Positions 12,775-23,060 of a stretch of 57,962 bases of DNA are shown in pieces. The position numbers and the translations under genes were made by a program. Under the pieces are notes generated by a model. That model was not told the DNA's origin, ran no database searches, and saw only the letters and a program-made list of their open reading frames with translations. Location of the stretch: assembly GCA_943349675.1 (NCBI GenBank), contig CALQZN010000001.1:1-57962 (forward strand), in the 5' to 3' direction. The stretch is from Candidatus Nomurabacteria bacterium. Lineage in GTDB: Bacteria > Patescibacteriota > Minisyncoccia > Phycocordibacterales > SBAW01. Each line of letters begins with the position of its first letter. The stretch's first letter is position 1.

Positions 12775-12839
12775 GTAAAAAGTTATCCACAGTTCTGTCT
12801 ACGAAGGTCAGTCCTTTGTAAGCCTGGGTGTGGATAAGT
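12775..12839. repeat. REP-like palindrome bracketed by inverted DnaA boxes (copy 2, core inverted)
   Basis: TTATCCACA (12783) - 37 bp containing TCTACGAAGGTCAGTCCTTTGTAAG - TGTGGATAA (12829). Confidence 0.85.
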
Positions 12840-12882
12840 CAAAAAATGGAAGGAGACCGCGGAAATAGAGCAGCGCACACAA

Positions 12883-12918
12883 AACAAAAAACCACCCCTT
12901 TCGGAGTGGTTTTTTGTT
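12883..12918 (-). terminator. Intrinsic terminator
   Basis: aacaaaaaaccacccctttcggagtggttttttgtt, downstream of the CDS ending at 12978. Confidence 0.8.
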
Positions 12919-12977
12919 GAACATCTTGAGACTAGGTAAACCTATTCTCAATCTGCATCAAGCAGTAGCTATTGCTA

Positions 12978-15068
12978 TTACTGGATGTAGAGACCTGTAA
13001 GGGTGTTCGTATTGAACGAACCAAGGTCGAAGTTGTAGAGATTCGCAGTAGCGTCCTGGCTAGTGGTATCCCATGAGAAGCCGGTGAGTTTAACACCCGC
13101 GTTCACATTGTCGCCACCCGCAGGGATAGATACTGTGAAGGTGAAGTTACGAGTCTCGCCAGCGTCAAGCACAAAACGCTTGTCGCCACTGTTGAGAACG
13201 TCGTTACTATCTGAACTATCTGCAGTAACGATACCTGTACCGTAAGCGGTAAAGCCTGAGGTTGTGGTACCGGTTGTTGAATCAGTGGTGGTTGCCCATG
13301 TCACTGTTCCAGCTGCAGCAGGAATACCAGCTGCTACGTCACCGTCAAAGTAGGCGGTGTCGTCACCATTGTTGGTAACTGAGAACTTGATAGTGAAGTC
13401 AGCAACGTCCGGAGCATTTGCAATAGAACCAACAGTTTTAGTTGCTGTTGAGCTCTTGTAGGTAACCGTTATACCGTTTTCACTATAGAACGACTGCGCA
13501 TTGCCGCCAGCTGCACCAGATGGAGTAACTGTCTCACCGTTATCATCTTCAACATCCCAAGCAACGAGACTTGAAGTTGTAGAAGCGGTCAAAGAGTCAC
13601 CATTGTCTGGCTCACCAGTGTCAGTGTCGAAGATGTCAACAACGATCGAGAAGTTCTCGGTATCGCCTTTAGCAATTTCGATGTCAACGTTGTCAAAGAC
13701 AACTTCTTCGTATGTGCCTGCACTTGCAGGAACGTTTTCAGTCTTAACAAGAGTCGAGCCCTTCATAAGGTGTACGCGCTTGACGATATCGCCAACGTTT
13801 GTTGCACCAGAAACTAGGAGACCAACTGGCATGTCCTCAATGTGAACATCCTGGTCGTCAGCCTCAAGCTCGAACTCAAGAACAGTTACGTCTTCTGTAT
13901 CGGAAGTGTCATCAACAACCACGAGGCCAGCCTCTGGACTGTCATCGCCTTCACGAATAGTAAGCGTACCTGTGTCAGATGCGGTAACTGAGAATGTCTC
14001 GTAGTCACCTGAACCATCAAGGCTGTAACCGCCGTCATACGTTTCAGAGATACCTACAGCGTCAACTGCACGAATGCCAGTATCATCGATACCAACTTCG
14101 AGTACAGTTGCTACGTCACCAGTGTCAATGTTGTTGACAGCAGAAACCGCTACGTACATATCAGCTGTTTTACCTTCACGCACGATGCCTTTCAAGCCAG
14201 TGAAGCGTGCCTCAAAAAGGTCGCTTGTACTTGAATCCTCCTCAATGTCACTAACGTCGACAGTTGCGAGTTTTTTACCATCGAGCCAAAGAGATACTTC
14301 GGTGATGTAGTCATCGAGCTGTGTGCTTTCGCCACCAGTTGCGTCATCAAGGTCAATGAGAACGTCAACACGTTCAATCATCATGTCAGAATCCTCAGCC
14401 TCGAGTTCGAGACCAAGAACTTGTACATCTTCATCGCCTTCATCAACATCACTCTCGACGTCGCCAAGAAGGCCGTTTACATCAAGAGTACCTTCACCGC
14501 CCTGAAGACCTGTTGGGGTTGTAGGGGTAGTTGGGTTAACAGGTGTACCTGGAGTTGTGCCCGAGCACTTTGCAGCAATAGTTGTGCGAGTTACTGGACC
14601 AACATACCCAGCTGCTGGGGTGATAGCGTTTGCAGTCTGGAACTTGATAACCGCAGCGCGAGTTGCAGGACCAAAGGTTGAGGTCTCCATACCTGGAGAA
14701 CCAGCACCTGTAGCTGCTACTTGGGTTGCAGCGCTCATGTTCAAGAATTTCTGGAGGGCCATAACATCAGCGCCGGTTGCACCGACAGTGAGGTCGCGGG
14801 TCCATACAGAAGCGTTACATGCCATAGAGCCACCTGTTGATGGAGTTGTTGGCATTGTAGGCGCTGTGCCATTAAGAGAAGCTTGAACGTTTGCGATAGT
14901 TGCAGCGTCAGCACCAAAAGACTGGAGAAGTCCGATGATACTGCTTATTTGACCTGAGGTCAGTGCTGCTGCGCGAACTGGAGCTGCTGCGCCAAGCACA
15001 AGTGCAAAGGCGACCGCGACACCAGCAGCTACAGCAACGAGTTTTGTGTAACTGTGAGTAATAGTCAT
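12978..15068 (-). CDS. Large acidic secreted protein with a peptidoglycan-binding domain (S-layer-like)
   Basis: Signal peptide, PG_binding_1-like RDLTVGATGADVMALQKFLN...FGPATRAAVIKFQ, long D/T/G-rich beta region. Confidence 0.8.
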   Translation of the reverse strand: MTITHSYTKLVAVAAGVAVAFALVLGAAAPVRAAALTSGQISSIIGLLQSFGADAATIANVQASLNGTAPTMPTTPSTGGSMACNASVWTRDLTVGATGADVMALQKFLNMSAATQVAATGAGSPGMETSTFGPATRAAVIKFQTANAITPAAGYVGPVTRTTIAAKCSGTTPGTPVNPTTPTTPTGLQGGEGTLDVNGLLGDVESDVDEGDEDVQVLGLELEAEDSDMMIERVDVLIDLDDATGGESTQLDDYITEVSLWLDGKKLATVDVSDIEEDSSTSDLFEARFTGLKGIVREGKTADMYVAVSAVNNIDTGDVATVLEVGIDDTGIRAVDAVGISETYDGGYSLDGSGDYETFSVTASDTGTLTIREGDDSPEAGLVVVDDTSDTEDVTVLEFELEADDQDVHIEDMPVGLLVSGATNVGDIVKRVHLMKGSTLVKTENVPASAGTYEEVVFDNVDIEIAKGDTENFSIVVDIFDTDTGEPDNGDSLTASTTSSLVAWDVEDDNGETVTPSGAAGGNAQSFYSENGITVTYKSSTATKTVGSIANAPDVADFTIKFSVTNNGDDTAYFDGDVAAGIPAAAGTVTWATTTDSTTGTTTSGFTAYGTGIVTADSSDSNDVLNSGDKRFVLDAGETRNFTFTVSIPAGGDNVNAGVKLTGFSWDTTSQDATANLYNFDLGSFNTNTLTGLYIQ

Positions 15069-15427
15069 ATTTTCTAATTCGAACAATTAATAATTACTTG
15101 TAAACGACGAGTAATGAGAACCGAACAGGTCTACCCGGCTTGCACGTTGCGACACGCAACTTTCTCTCTTTATCTCCTATTAAAGAAGGAGGGAAAGCCG
15201 TAGTCGCCAAAGCGCTAGCGTTTGGTAGCAAAAATGGTAGGGGAGTTTCAGTCGTTTGCATCCGTGGGCGGGACAAGGAATTTCTGTACGTACATCCAAA
15301 GTTTATGACGCAGTAAGTAGAGACTACTTACAACGCGCTTTGGGAATCTGCTTTGTTTATTCTGTTGTCAACGAACAATTCATGCAGTCTTAATCTACAG
15401 ACTCGAATTGCCGACATTTAGTCGCTA
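15069..15427 (-). promoter_or_regulatory. Long structured 5' leader with a boxA-like motif
   Basis: Several hairpins (gtaagtag-aga-ctacttac, gttgcg-aca-cgcaac, ccaaa...tttgg) and GTTCGTTGACAACA at 15363-15376. Confidence 0.6.
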
Positions 15428-15433
15428 CACCAC

Positions 15434-15463
15434 AGTATATGGTGCGTTTGTGTAGAACTGCAA
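15434..15463 (-). promoter_or_regulatory. Candidate sigma70 promoter of the S-layer-like gene
   Basis: Minus strand TTGCAG-18 bp-TATACT. Confidence 0.6.
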
Positions 15464-15592
15464 AAATACCCTGTGGACAACAGCACAAAGGCCGGCTTGA
15501 CCGGCGCCCCAGATATGCAGCTTCCACGTGCTCCAAATCTACATGAAACTGGGCGCATGGTCAACGCCAAACTGAGCCACAGGACTTGACTC

Positions 15593-16318
15593 TTACAAAA
15601 TAGGGACGTACAGACTCCAGCGCCGCTCACCAACCTTCTGTATGACCTTTTGCTGCACAAGGACAGCTAGCTCTCGCTGTATGGTTTTCTCGCTACATCC
15701 CTGCACCACGCGGGCAATGTCTTTTATAGAAACACCCTTATTTTTGAGCACAAAATCACGTATACGTTCCGTGCGCTCTTGCTGTCCTTTAGATACAAGT
15801 TTTTGAGTATCCTGACTTTTAAAAACATTGTGTCCTTTACTGTCCTTTATAGGCTCTGCCTGCAGTAGGCCAGCCCCCAGTGCGTTGCTTTGGCCTTGCT
15901 CCACCTGCGGCACCGCAAAGTCCTGCGCTGATGCAAAAGGGGAGAGGCGAACACTTGCGGCAAACTTCTCTATCAACGCCTCGTATTCTTGCGCGAGTAT
16001 CTGTGCATTTTCTTTTACAATAACGCCATTGGTTTGCAAAAGACGGATGCTCGATAGGAGCACGAGGAGGTCTGCGAGTACTGACTCTGCGCTAACGTTA
16101 CCCAAGGCAAAATATGCAATTTGCCTGGGCAACATCCCGGCTGAACGAGAAAGTTCTACTAACTCCCCTCGCCTGCCTTCTGAGACACTATTAGACAACG
16201 CAATAAGAACGTGGGCAATTTTTTCTGACTTTAAAAAACAAAAGTACCAATCACCGCGTCCTTTAAAAAGGGCTGATTCTACTGCAAATTCATGGAAGTT
16301 TTTTTTGTTATCAGACAC
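15593..16318 (-). CDS. Hypothetical protein with a C-terminal DeoR-like winged HTH
   Basis: VSIKDIARVVQGCSEKTIQRELAVLV...GERRWSLY. Confidence 0.7.
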   Translation of the reverse strand: MSDNKKNFHEFAVESALFKGRGDWYFCFLKSEKIAHVLIALSNSVSEGRRGELVELSRSAGMLPRQIAYFALGNVSAESVLADLLVLLSSIRLLQTNGVIVKENAQILAQEYEALIEKFAASVRLSPFASAQDFAVPQVEQGQSNALGAGLLQAEPIKDSKGHNVFKSQDTQKLVSKGQQERTERIRDFVLKNKGVSIKDIARVVQGCSEKTIQRELAVLVQQKVIQKVGERRWSLYVPIL

Positions 16319-16473
16319 AGTTTTGTCTCTTATTTGACCTTAATCTATACTTAACGACCTTTACATTGTCTCAGACGTCTTTTTATACTCTGTGTCCTTG
16401 AGTATACCGGCCCTTTAGAGCGAGCGCAAAATTTTCTAAACACTTCCATGACTCGTGGTAGAATTGGCTGAAT

Positions 16474-18690
16474 ATGGCTCGCAAAAGCAGTAAACAAAAA
16501 GAACGCACAGCGGGGCTTCCTGCTGCAACCAAGCGCGCCATTGTGGTGGTGCTGTTGTTTATATTGGGTATCTTTTTAACCCTCGCCGCATTTGGTGCGG
16601 CAGGCATCGCAGGCTCAGACGCCTATCGACTTTTTGCGTATCTACTTGGTGTTGGATATTTTTTGTTGCCGGTGCTTTTTTTCGTACTTGCGGGCACCGC
16701 ACTTAAGGCAGAGGCAACCGGGTTTACACCCCTTAAAATTGGCGCGAGCGTGCTTTTTATTTTGGCAGGTCTTGGATTTATCGACATTATTGCTGGAAAA
16801 GGCGGGCTCGTGGGCAGCGCTATAGGAAACCCTGCAGTGCACTTTCTTGATATCTATGCAGCACTCATTGTGCTCGGCGGACTTTCACTCACTTCTCTTC
16901 TTATCATCCTTGAAGGGAAATTGTCGCTTCAAATACTAGGAGAAGCAGCAGAGTCTCCTAGATTCGCTGGCCTTTGGGAACGTATCCGTGGCAAAAAAGA
17001 TGATATAGACCCAGCGATCGCAAACCTTCCAGAGCTAGAAGATGAGGCGGAAGATCAACAAGAGGGGAGCTACGAAGAAGAACAAGGAGGGGCAGAACAG
17101 CCCACACCTCGACGCGTCGCGACGGCAACGCCCGATAGAGAAACGCAGGCGCGGAACTCTGCTGCAGTGCTTAAAAGTTTGCTTGGCCAATACACTCCCC
17201 CACCCCTTTCTCTTTTAGAGCGAGACAAAGGCCGCCCTGGAGTAGGAGACATAAAAGCCAACGCAAATATTATTAAACGCACGTTAGCCAACTTTGGCAT
17301 CGTGGTCGAGTTGGACGAAATATCTATTGGACCATCAGTTACAAGGTACGCTATTAAACCAGCCGAAGGTGTACGCCTGCAAAAAATAGTCGGTCTGCAA
17401 ACTAACCTAGAATTGGCGCTCGCCGCACACCCTGTGCGCATCGAGGCCCCAATACCAGGCAAGTCATTGGTTGGTATTGAGGTGCCCAACTCTGCCAAAG
17501 TGACCGTTGGGCTAGGTACGCTTTTGGAAGCGCAAGAATTTAATGACTCACACAAACCACTTCTTGTAGCACTGGGGCGTGACATCGCAGGAGGATCGCA
17601 TTTTGGCAACGTTGCAAAAATGCCACACATGCTTATTGCTGGCGCCACAGGCTCGGGCAAATCGGTCACTATACACGCCATAATTAACTCATTGCTGTAC
17701 CGCTGTGGCCCACAACAACTGCGTTTTTTGATGATTGACCCTAAGCGCGTGGAACTTACTCTGTACAACAAACTCCCACACCTCCTGACCCCTGTTATTA
17801 CCGACCCCAAACGCGCAATTATGGCACTACGTTGGGCCGGCAAAGAAATGGATCGCCGCTACAATATTTTAGAAGCTGAGCGTGTGCGCGATATAGAGTC
17901 GTACCATCAAAATGTCCTTACCCCAGCGCTCGAGAAGCTCCGCAAAAAAGGGACCCCAGACGAAGGAGACGTGGTACCGGAAGCTATGCCATACATTGTG
18001 GTTGTTATCGATGAGTTGGCGGATATTATGCAAACCTTCCCGCGCGAACTTGAGGCTGCTATTGTGCGGCTTGCGCAGATGAGCCGCGCTGTGGGTATAC
18101 ACCTTATGCTTTCGACCCAACGCCCAAGCGTTAACGTTATAACCGGCTTAATCAAAGCAAACGTCCCCGCCCGCTTAGCTCTGCAAGTCGCCAGCCAGAT
18201 AGACTCGCGCACGATACTCGACCAAGGTGGAGCAGAAAAATTACTGGGCGCCGGCGACATGTTGTACCTAGGCGGAGAAATGGGTAAACCAATACGCCTC
18301 CAGAGTGCGTTTATTGGTGAAGCGGAGGTTAAAAAAGTGACTGACTTTATCGCCGAGCATAACGACGACGAGTTGCCTGTCGACATCACCGCGCCAGCGC
18401 CCGGAGTGACCAGCATTTCACTCACTGACTCGCCCGCAAGTGGCGGAGGGTTTGATGACGATGTAGACGACGACATGTACGAAGCTGCCCGCGCCGCCGT
18501 ACTGGAAGCAGGCAAAGCCTCGACCTCGTACATCCAGCGGAAGTTACGTGTTGGCTACGCCCGCGCAGCACGACTGGTCGACATGCTCGAAGAGCGCGGC
18601 GTCATAGGCCCGGGTGACGGCGCAAAACCACGCGAAGTGCTCCAGCGAGGCCCCACAGCAGGAGACACCCCACCTACCGATGCGGAATAG
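16474..18690 (+). CDS. ftsK: DNA translocase FtsK
   Basis: N-terminal TM helices, HMLIAGATGSGKS, IDELAD, gamma domain IQRKLRVGYARAARL. Confidence 0.97.
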   Translation: MARKSSKQKERTAGLPAATKRAIVVVLLFILGIFLTLAAFGAAGIAGSDAYRLFAYLLGVGYFLLPVLFFVLAGTALKAEATGFTPLKIGASVLFILAGLGFIDIIAGKGGLVGSAIGNPAVHFLDIYAALIVLGGLSLTSLLIILEGKLSLQILGEAAESPRFAGLWERIRGKKDDIDPAIANLPELEDEAEDQQEGSYEEEQGGAEQPTPRRVATATPDRETQARNSAAVLKSLLGQYTPPPLSLLERDKGRPGVGDIKANANIIKRTLANFGIVVELDEISIGPSVTRYAIKPAEGVRLQKIVGLQTNLELALAAHPVRIEAPIPGKSLVGIEVPNSAKVTVGLGTLLEAQEFNDSHKPLLVALGRDIAGGSHFGNVAKMPHMLIAGATGSGKSVTIHAIINSLLYRCGPQQLRFLMIDPKRVELTLYNKLPHLLTPVITDPKRAIMALRWAGKEMDRRYNILEAERVRDIESYHQNVLTPALEKLRKKGTPDEGDVVPEAMPYIVVVIDELADIMQTFPRELEAAIVRLAQMSRAVGIHLMLSTQRPSVNVITGLIKANVPARLALQVASQIDSRTILDQGGAEKLLGAGDMLYLGGEMGKPIRLQSAFIGEAEVKKVTDFIAEHNDDELPVDITAPAPGVTSISLTDSPASGGGFDDDVDDDMYEAARAAVLEAGKASTSYIQRKLRVGYARAARLVDMLEERGVIGPGDGAKPREVLQRGPTAGDTPPTDAE

Positions 18691-19066
18691 TCGCCCACAC
18701 GTACGCGATTCTTCCAAATGGGTCGTGACGTCTGTGTTCATTTTTTGTGCTCTTACGGTTGTTGGGTACGGCCTATTTGAAGGGCGGCGACTACTCCAAG
18801 GCCCCAAAATAAGCATTTACTCCCCCACAGACGGCTCGTCCACGTCGACCACCGCCGTTTTGGTTAGCGGAGTAGCCCATAACGTGTCTTTTTTGACCTT
18901 GGACGACCAACCTGCATTTACGGACGAGTCAGGCTATTTTGCGGTCACACTCTCCCCGCCCCCGGGGTATACTGTAGTGACCGTGGCGGCAGTAGACAGG
19001 TTTGGCCGCCGGGCGTCCAAAAGTGTTTCGTTAAACGTTTTTAATTATTGTCCTAATGCTACATAA
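18680..19066 (+). CDS. Membrane-anchored Ig-like small protein
   Basis: TM helix, then GPKISIYSP...AVDRFGR; lies between ftsK and recA. Confidence 0.7.
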   Translation: MRNSRPHVRDSSKWVVTSVFIFCALTVVGYGLFEGRRLLQGPKISIYSPTDGSSTSTTAVLVSGVAHNVSFLTLDDQPAFTDESGYFAVTLSPPPGYTVVTVAAVDRFGRRASKSVSLNVFNYCPNAT

Positions 19067-19071
19067 ATCGC

Positions 19072-20136
19072 ATGGCTTTTAATAAAAAGAAAGAGGTAGT
19101 GCCGAAGACAATGGGTACCCGTGACTCATCTGCTATAGACGCCGCTATTCGCGAGATAAAAACAAAGTTTGGTGACGAAGCGATAATGAAACTAGGCGAC
19201 ACCCCACGTGTCGACATCGACGCCATACCCTCGGGCTCTATTGGCTTGGACTGGGCGCTTGGTATTGGTGGATACCCACGAGGGCGCATTTTGGAAATAT
19301 TTGGCCCCGAGTCGTCCGGCAAGACCACCCTATCACTGCATGCCATTGCCGAAGCCCAGAAAAAAGGAGGAGTATGTGCCTTTATTGATGCAGAACACGC
19401 ACTTGACCCGCAATATGCCGAAAAAATAGGCGTCAAATTAAATGAGCTGCTCGTCTCGCAGCCCGACACAGGCGAACAAGCGCTCGAGATTGTTGAGTCG
19501 CTGGTGCGATCGGGCAAAATCGATATTATTGTCATTGACTCTGTCGCAGCACTTACCCCAAAAGATGAGATAGAGGGCGACATGGGGCAAAGCCACGTGG
19601 GCAAGCAAGCACGGCTAATGTCACAAGCGCTGCGCAAATTGACCGCCATAACGTCGAAGTCTAAAACCGTGGTGATTTTTATAAACCAAATCCGCATGCA
19701 AATTGGCATGATGTTTGGCAATCCGGAAACTACACCCGGCGGAAAGGCGCTTAAGTTTTACACCAGCGTACGACTCGACATTCGCCGCATAGCACAAATC
19801 AAAAAAGGAGAAGAAGTTGTAGGCGGTAGACACCGCGTAAAAGTGGTTAAGAATAAAGTTGCTGCACCGTTTCGCAAAGTTGAGTTTGACCTACTCTACA
19901 ACGAAGGCATCTCTCGCGAAGGCGAATTGTTGGCATTGGGCGAGAGTTTGGGGATAGTCAAAAAAAGCGGCTCATCATATGCTTTTGGCGAAGAGAAGCT
20001 CGGACGTGGCTATGATGCCTCTCGAACTTACCTGCGAGAAAACACAAAAATAGCGAACGAGTTGCTTAAACAAATCCGCACATCGCTTGAAACTAACACC
20101 CCAGGCAAAGTCAGTGGTGGAGACTCCGACGACTAA
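19072..20136 (+). CDS. recA: Recombinase A
   Basis: [34 protein letters not shown]. Confidence 0.99.
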   Translation: MAFNKKKEVVPKTMGTRDSSAIDAAIREIKTKFGDEAIMKLGDTPRVDIDAIPSGSIGLDWALGIGGYPRGRILEIFGPESSGKTTLSLHAIAEAQKKGGVCAFIDAEHALDPQYAEKIGVKLNELLVSQPDTGEQALEIVESLVRSGKIDIIVIDSVAALTPKDEIEGDMGQSHVGKQARLMSQALRKLTAITSKSKTVVIFINQIRMQIGMMFGNPETTPGGKALKFYTSVRLDIRRIAQIKKGEEVVGGRHRVKVVKNKVAAPFRKVEFDLLYNEGISREGELLALGESLGIVKKSGSSYAFGEEKLGRGYDASRTYLRENTKIANELLKQIRTSLETNTPGKVSGGDSDD

Positions 20137-20459
20137 GCAAACCTACCTTCTATCCGAGTTAGTGAACGGAGCGCATCAGCCAATAAGAGCCCGAGCGTTA
20201 CGCTACCCACCACCAGCGCAAGCTGGACCACAAGCGTGGTGCCCAAAACTGCGGACAGTACGAACGTGCCGATATTAAATATGCCACCCTTGGCTACTGT
20301 AGCCAGGTTGATCAGTACATTAGACAGTGATACAAACGCCACAATACCTACAAAAGACAGCGCCAGCCCGTACATTTTAAACGCAAAGACGCTGGTACAC
20401 TGCCGCACCGCATAGATTACCGCGACACCGGCCATCACTTGTTGTTCTATTTTACTCAT
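20133..20459 (-). CDS. Small membrane protein downstream of the ECF sigma factor (candidate anti-sigma)
   Basis: Hydrophobic 108-aa ORF starting 14 bp after the sigma gene. Confidence 0.6.
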   Translation of the reverse strand: MSKIEQQVMAGVAVIYAVRQCTSVFAFKMYGLALSFVGIVAFVSLSNVLINLATVAKGGIFNIGTFVLSAVLGTTLVVQLALVVGSVTLGLLLADALRSLTRIEGRFA

Positions 20460-20473
20460 GGTCTTTATTATAA

Positions 20474-21079
20474 TTAAATTTTTGTAGTAATAGTTTCGTA
20501 CATGCGTCTGAACTCGTGCTTTGCCCTATGTACCCGAGTTTTAACTGCCCCGACACTCAAGCCTTCAACTGCAGCTATCTCCTCTTGCGATTTGCCTTCG
20601 ATAAAAAATAGAGTGAGTACACGAGCAAACGACTCGGGCATTTTTGCAAACACTGACGCAACTTCGTCTATAAACTCCTTCTTTTCAAACTGCCGCAAGT
20701 TTTTATCTGGAATCAGCGCCCAGATTTCTTCGTCTAGGTCTGCCCGCTGTGCGCCTTCCTTTTTGCGTTTTGCGTAGTGGGTCAAGGCAGTGTTAATTAG
20801 TATACGATACCCCCAAGACGAAAAACTTGCCCCTTCTTGTTTTTTAAACTTTAAAGCATTGAGGTATATTTTTGTAAAAGCTTCCTGCACAACATCCTCT
20901 GCCTCTTGGCGGTCTCGGACAATACCCTGTGCTTTACGTAAAAAAGGCTCTTCGTACTTTTGTACCAGCTGTGCAAACACAGACGGTTTAGACAGCGACA
21001 AAAGCAACAATTCTTCATCTTCCATCGTTTGTGGAAGTGATACTTTTTCTACTTCATCTAAGGATAAGTATTCCTTCAT
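20474..21079 (-). CDS. ECF-family RNA polymerase sigma factor
   Basis: AEDVVQEAF...FSSWGYRILIN (region 2); SQEEIAAVEGLSVGAVKTRVHRA (region 4). Confidence 0.93.
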   Translation of the reverse strand: MKEYLSLDEVEKVSLPQTMEDEELLLLSLSKPSVFAQLVQKYEEPFLRKAQGIVRDRQEAEDVVQEAFTKIYLNALKFKKQEGASFSSWGYRILINTALTHYAKRKKEGAQRADLDEEIWALIPDKNLRQFEKKEFIDEVASVFAKMPESFARVLTLFFIEGKSQEEIAAVEGLSVGAVKTRVHRAKHEFRRMYETITTKI

Positions 21080-21172
21080 GGTCACAGCATATATCATATG
21101 GGCCTCTATTCCTACAACCTCCCCATACGCCCTAAAGTTGCAGAGCGGGGATTTTTAAGTACAATGGCCAGC

Positions 21173-21763
21173 ATGCTTGAATATAATGAAATTTTGCCAA
21201 AAAAAGTAATTCTCATGGACGGCGAGCCCTATGAAGTGCTTGATGCGCACGTCTTTCGTAAACAAATGCGCAAACCGGTCAATCAGACAAAGCTCCGCCA
21301 TTTGATTACCGGCAAAGTGACAGAGCAAGCCTTCCACCAGTCTGAAAAAGCAGAGGAGGCTGACTTGTCACTTAAACCTGTTAAGTATTTATATACTAAC
21401 AAGGGTGAATTTTGGTTTTGTAGCGAAAAAAACCCAGCAGATAGGTTTACACTCACTCAAGACACTGTAGGGACTGCGGGACAATTTTTAAAACCAAACG
21501 CAGTGGTTGAAGCGCTGGTATTTGACGAGCCGGGCAATGACGACGAGGGTAAAATAATTGCAGTGCGTGTACCTATTAAAGTAGAGCTTACTGTAAAAGA
21601 AGCACCACCAGCCGTGCGCGGAAACACCGCACAAGGCGGCAGCAAACAAATAGTTCTTGAGACGGGGGCCACCATTAACGCTCCCCTGTTTATAAACGAG
21701 GGCGACGTGGTGCGCATTAATACCGAAACGGGCGAATACGTTGAGCGAGTAGATAAGAAATAA
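21173..21763 (+). CDS. efp: Elongation factor P (non-canonical loop)
   Basis: C-terminal LETGATINAPLFINEGDVVRINTETGEYVERV and RGNTA. Confidence 0.93.
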   Translation: MLEYNEILPKKVILMDGEPYEVLDAHVFRKQMRKPVNQTKLRHLITGKVTEQAFHQSEKAEEADLSLKPVKYLYTNKGEFWFCSEKNPADRFTLTQDTVGTAGQFLKPNAVVEALVFDEPGNDDEGKIIAVRVPIKVELTVKEAPPAVRGNTAQGGSKQIVLETGATINAPLFINEGDVVRINTETGEYVERVDKK

Positions 21764-21767
21764 TTTA

Positions 21768-21808
21768 AAATAAAAAATCCCCGAGACATTCTCGGGGATT
21801 TTTTATTT
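21768..21808. terminator. Bidirectional terminator between efp and rpsR
   Basis: aaataaaaaatccccgagacattctcggggattttttattt. Confidence 0.88.
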
Positions 21809-21817
21809 GGAAGTGAC

Positions 21818-22018
21818 TTAACGAACAATGTAGGGCAAGAGTGCCATAAAACGAGCACGTTTGACCGCCTCTGCAAGTGCGCGTTGGTTAGGGGCAGAGA
21901 GGCCAGTCCGACGACGTGGCATTATTTTGCCATGAGGATTCAAGAACTTCTTCAATATCTCGGTATCTTTGTAGTCGATACGCTGGAATTGCGCGACGTA
22001 TGTATCTTTAGTTGGCAT
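21818..22018 (-). CDS. rpsR: 30S ribosomal protein bS18
   Basis: IDYKD...[10 protein letters not shown]...[19 protein letters not shown]. Confidence 0.97.
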   Translation of the reverse strand: MPTKDTYVAQFQRIDYKDTEILKKFLNPHGKIMPRRRTGLSAPNQRALAEAVKRARFMALLPYIVR

Positions 22019-22041
22019 GATAATTTTTGTAGTTATTACGT

Positions 22042-22479
22042 TTAAAAAGGAATATCGTCTGGGTTAATATCTTCTGCTGGGTAGTCTATCGCGTCATCCT
22101 TTGGATGTGCTGCTGGCGCTTGCGACGCTCCGGTGTCTGCATACCCACTACTTGCCCCACCACTACCGCGTGAACCAAATTGTACGCGCTCGGCGACTAT
22201 TTCAGTCCGGTACTGCTTGACCCCATCTTTGTCCCAACTACGGGTCTGGATGCGGCCTTCAATAAGTGCCTGGCTCCCCTTTTTGAGATACTGTGCCGAC
22301 GTCTCTGCTTGGCGACCAAACACAACTACATTGTGGAATTCTGGCACATCTTCCCACCGCTCATCTTTTTTAACACGGCGGTTAGTGGCTACTCCAAAAG
22401 ACGCAACTTGCGCACCCGATGGCAAAGACTTTACCTCTGGGTCGCGAGTCAGGTTACCAAAAAGAATGACTTTATTCAT
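22042..22479 (-). CDS. ssb: Single-stranded DNA-binding protein
   Basis: [15 protein letters not shown]...DDIPF. Confidence 0.98.
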   Translation of the reverse strand: MNKVILFGNLTRDPEVKSLPSGAQVASFGVATNRRVKKDERWEDVPEFHNVVVFGRQAETSAQYLKKGSQALIEGRIQTRSWDKDGVKQYRTEIVAERVQFGSRGSGGASSGYADTGASQAPAAHPKDDAIDYPAEDINPDDIPF

Positions 22480-22499
22480 ACTGCTTAGTATATACCTTC

Positions 22500-23021
22500 T
22501 TAGGCCACTAGGGCGTCTATCGACTTGTCGATATCTGCATCAGACACAGGGCCTGTTTTCTCTGCCTCTGCTTCTGGTTTTTTGATAGTCTCGCCTTCCA
22601 AGCGGTCAGAGGCAAACACGGCACGACGTGGTGCTTGGGTAATATCTTCACGCACAGTCTCGATAAGCAAGAAGCGCAGCACGTCGCGCATGCCACGAAG
22701 CGATATTTCGAACGCAGGGATTGCCTCGCGCTCGAGAGCAAATTTAATAAAACCAAAATATGCATCGTTGTACTTGTCACGGCGGCCAACATTTGCTCGC
22801 TCTACAGTGTACGCAAGCACTATTTTTTTTGGGAACTGCTCACTAATAATTTCAGCACTCCCAAGCGCTTGACGGACTTTCTCTACCACGCCTGCTACCC
22901 CGTCTTCTGGGATAGTAGGCACGACGTGAAAGCCGACCTCGTATACGACGCGCTCGCCTGCATCAGCAGATGAGTCAATCGCTTGGGTTAATCCTTCTTC
23001 AGGATGCGATTTTGTAACCAT
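22500..23021 (-). CDS. rpsF: 30S ribosomal protein bS6 with N- and C-terminal extensions
   Basis: YEVGF...LAY...VLRFLLI; rpsF-ssb-rpsR synteny. Confidence 0.88.
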   Translation of the reverse strand: MVTKSHPEEGLTQAIDSSADAGERVVYEVGFHVVPTIPEDGVAGVVEKVRQALGSAEIISEQFPKKIVLAYTVERANVGRRDKYNDAYFGFIKFALEREAIPAFEISLRGMRDVLRFLLIETVREDITQAPRRAVFASDRLEGETIKKPEAEAEKTGPVSDADIDKSIDALVA

Positions 23022-23060
23022 GGCCACACTGTACCAGAATATTTGAGGAATGCAACCGGG

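Noticed and set aside
10658..12839. oriC suggested by DnaA boxes
   Set aside because: Boxes occur as isolated pairs in a dispersed repeat, with no dnaA/dnaN, no box cluster with an unwinding element and no switch in gene orientation.
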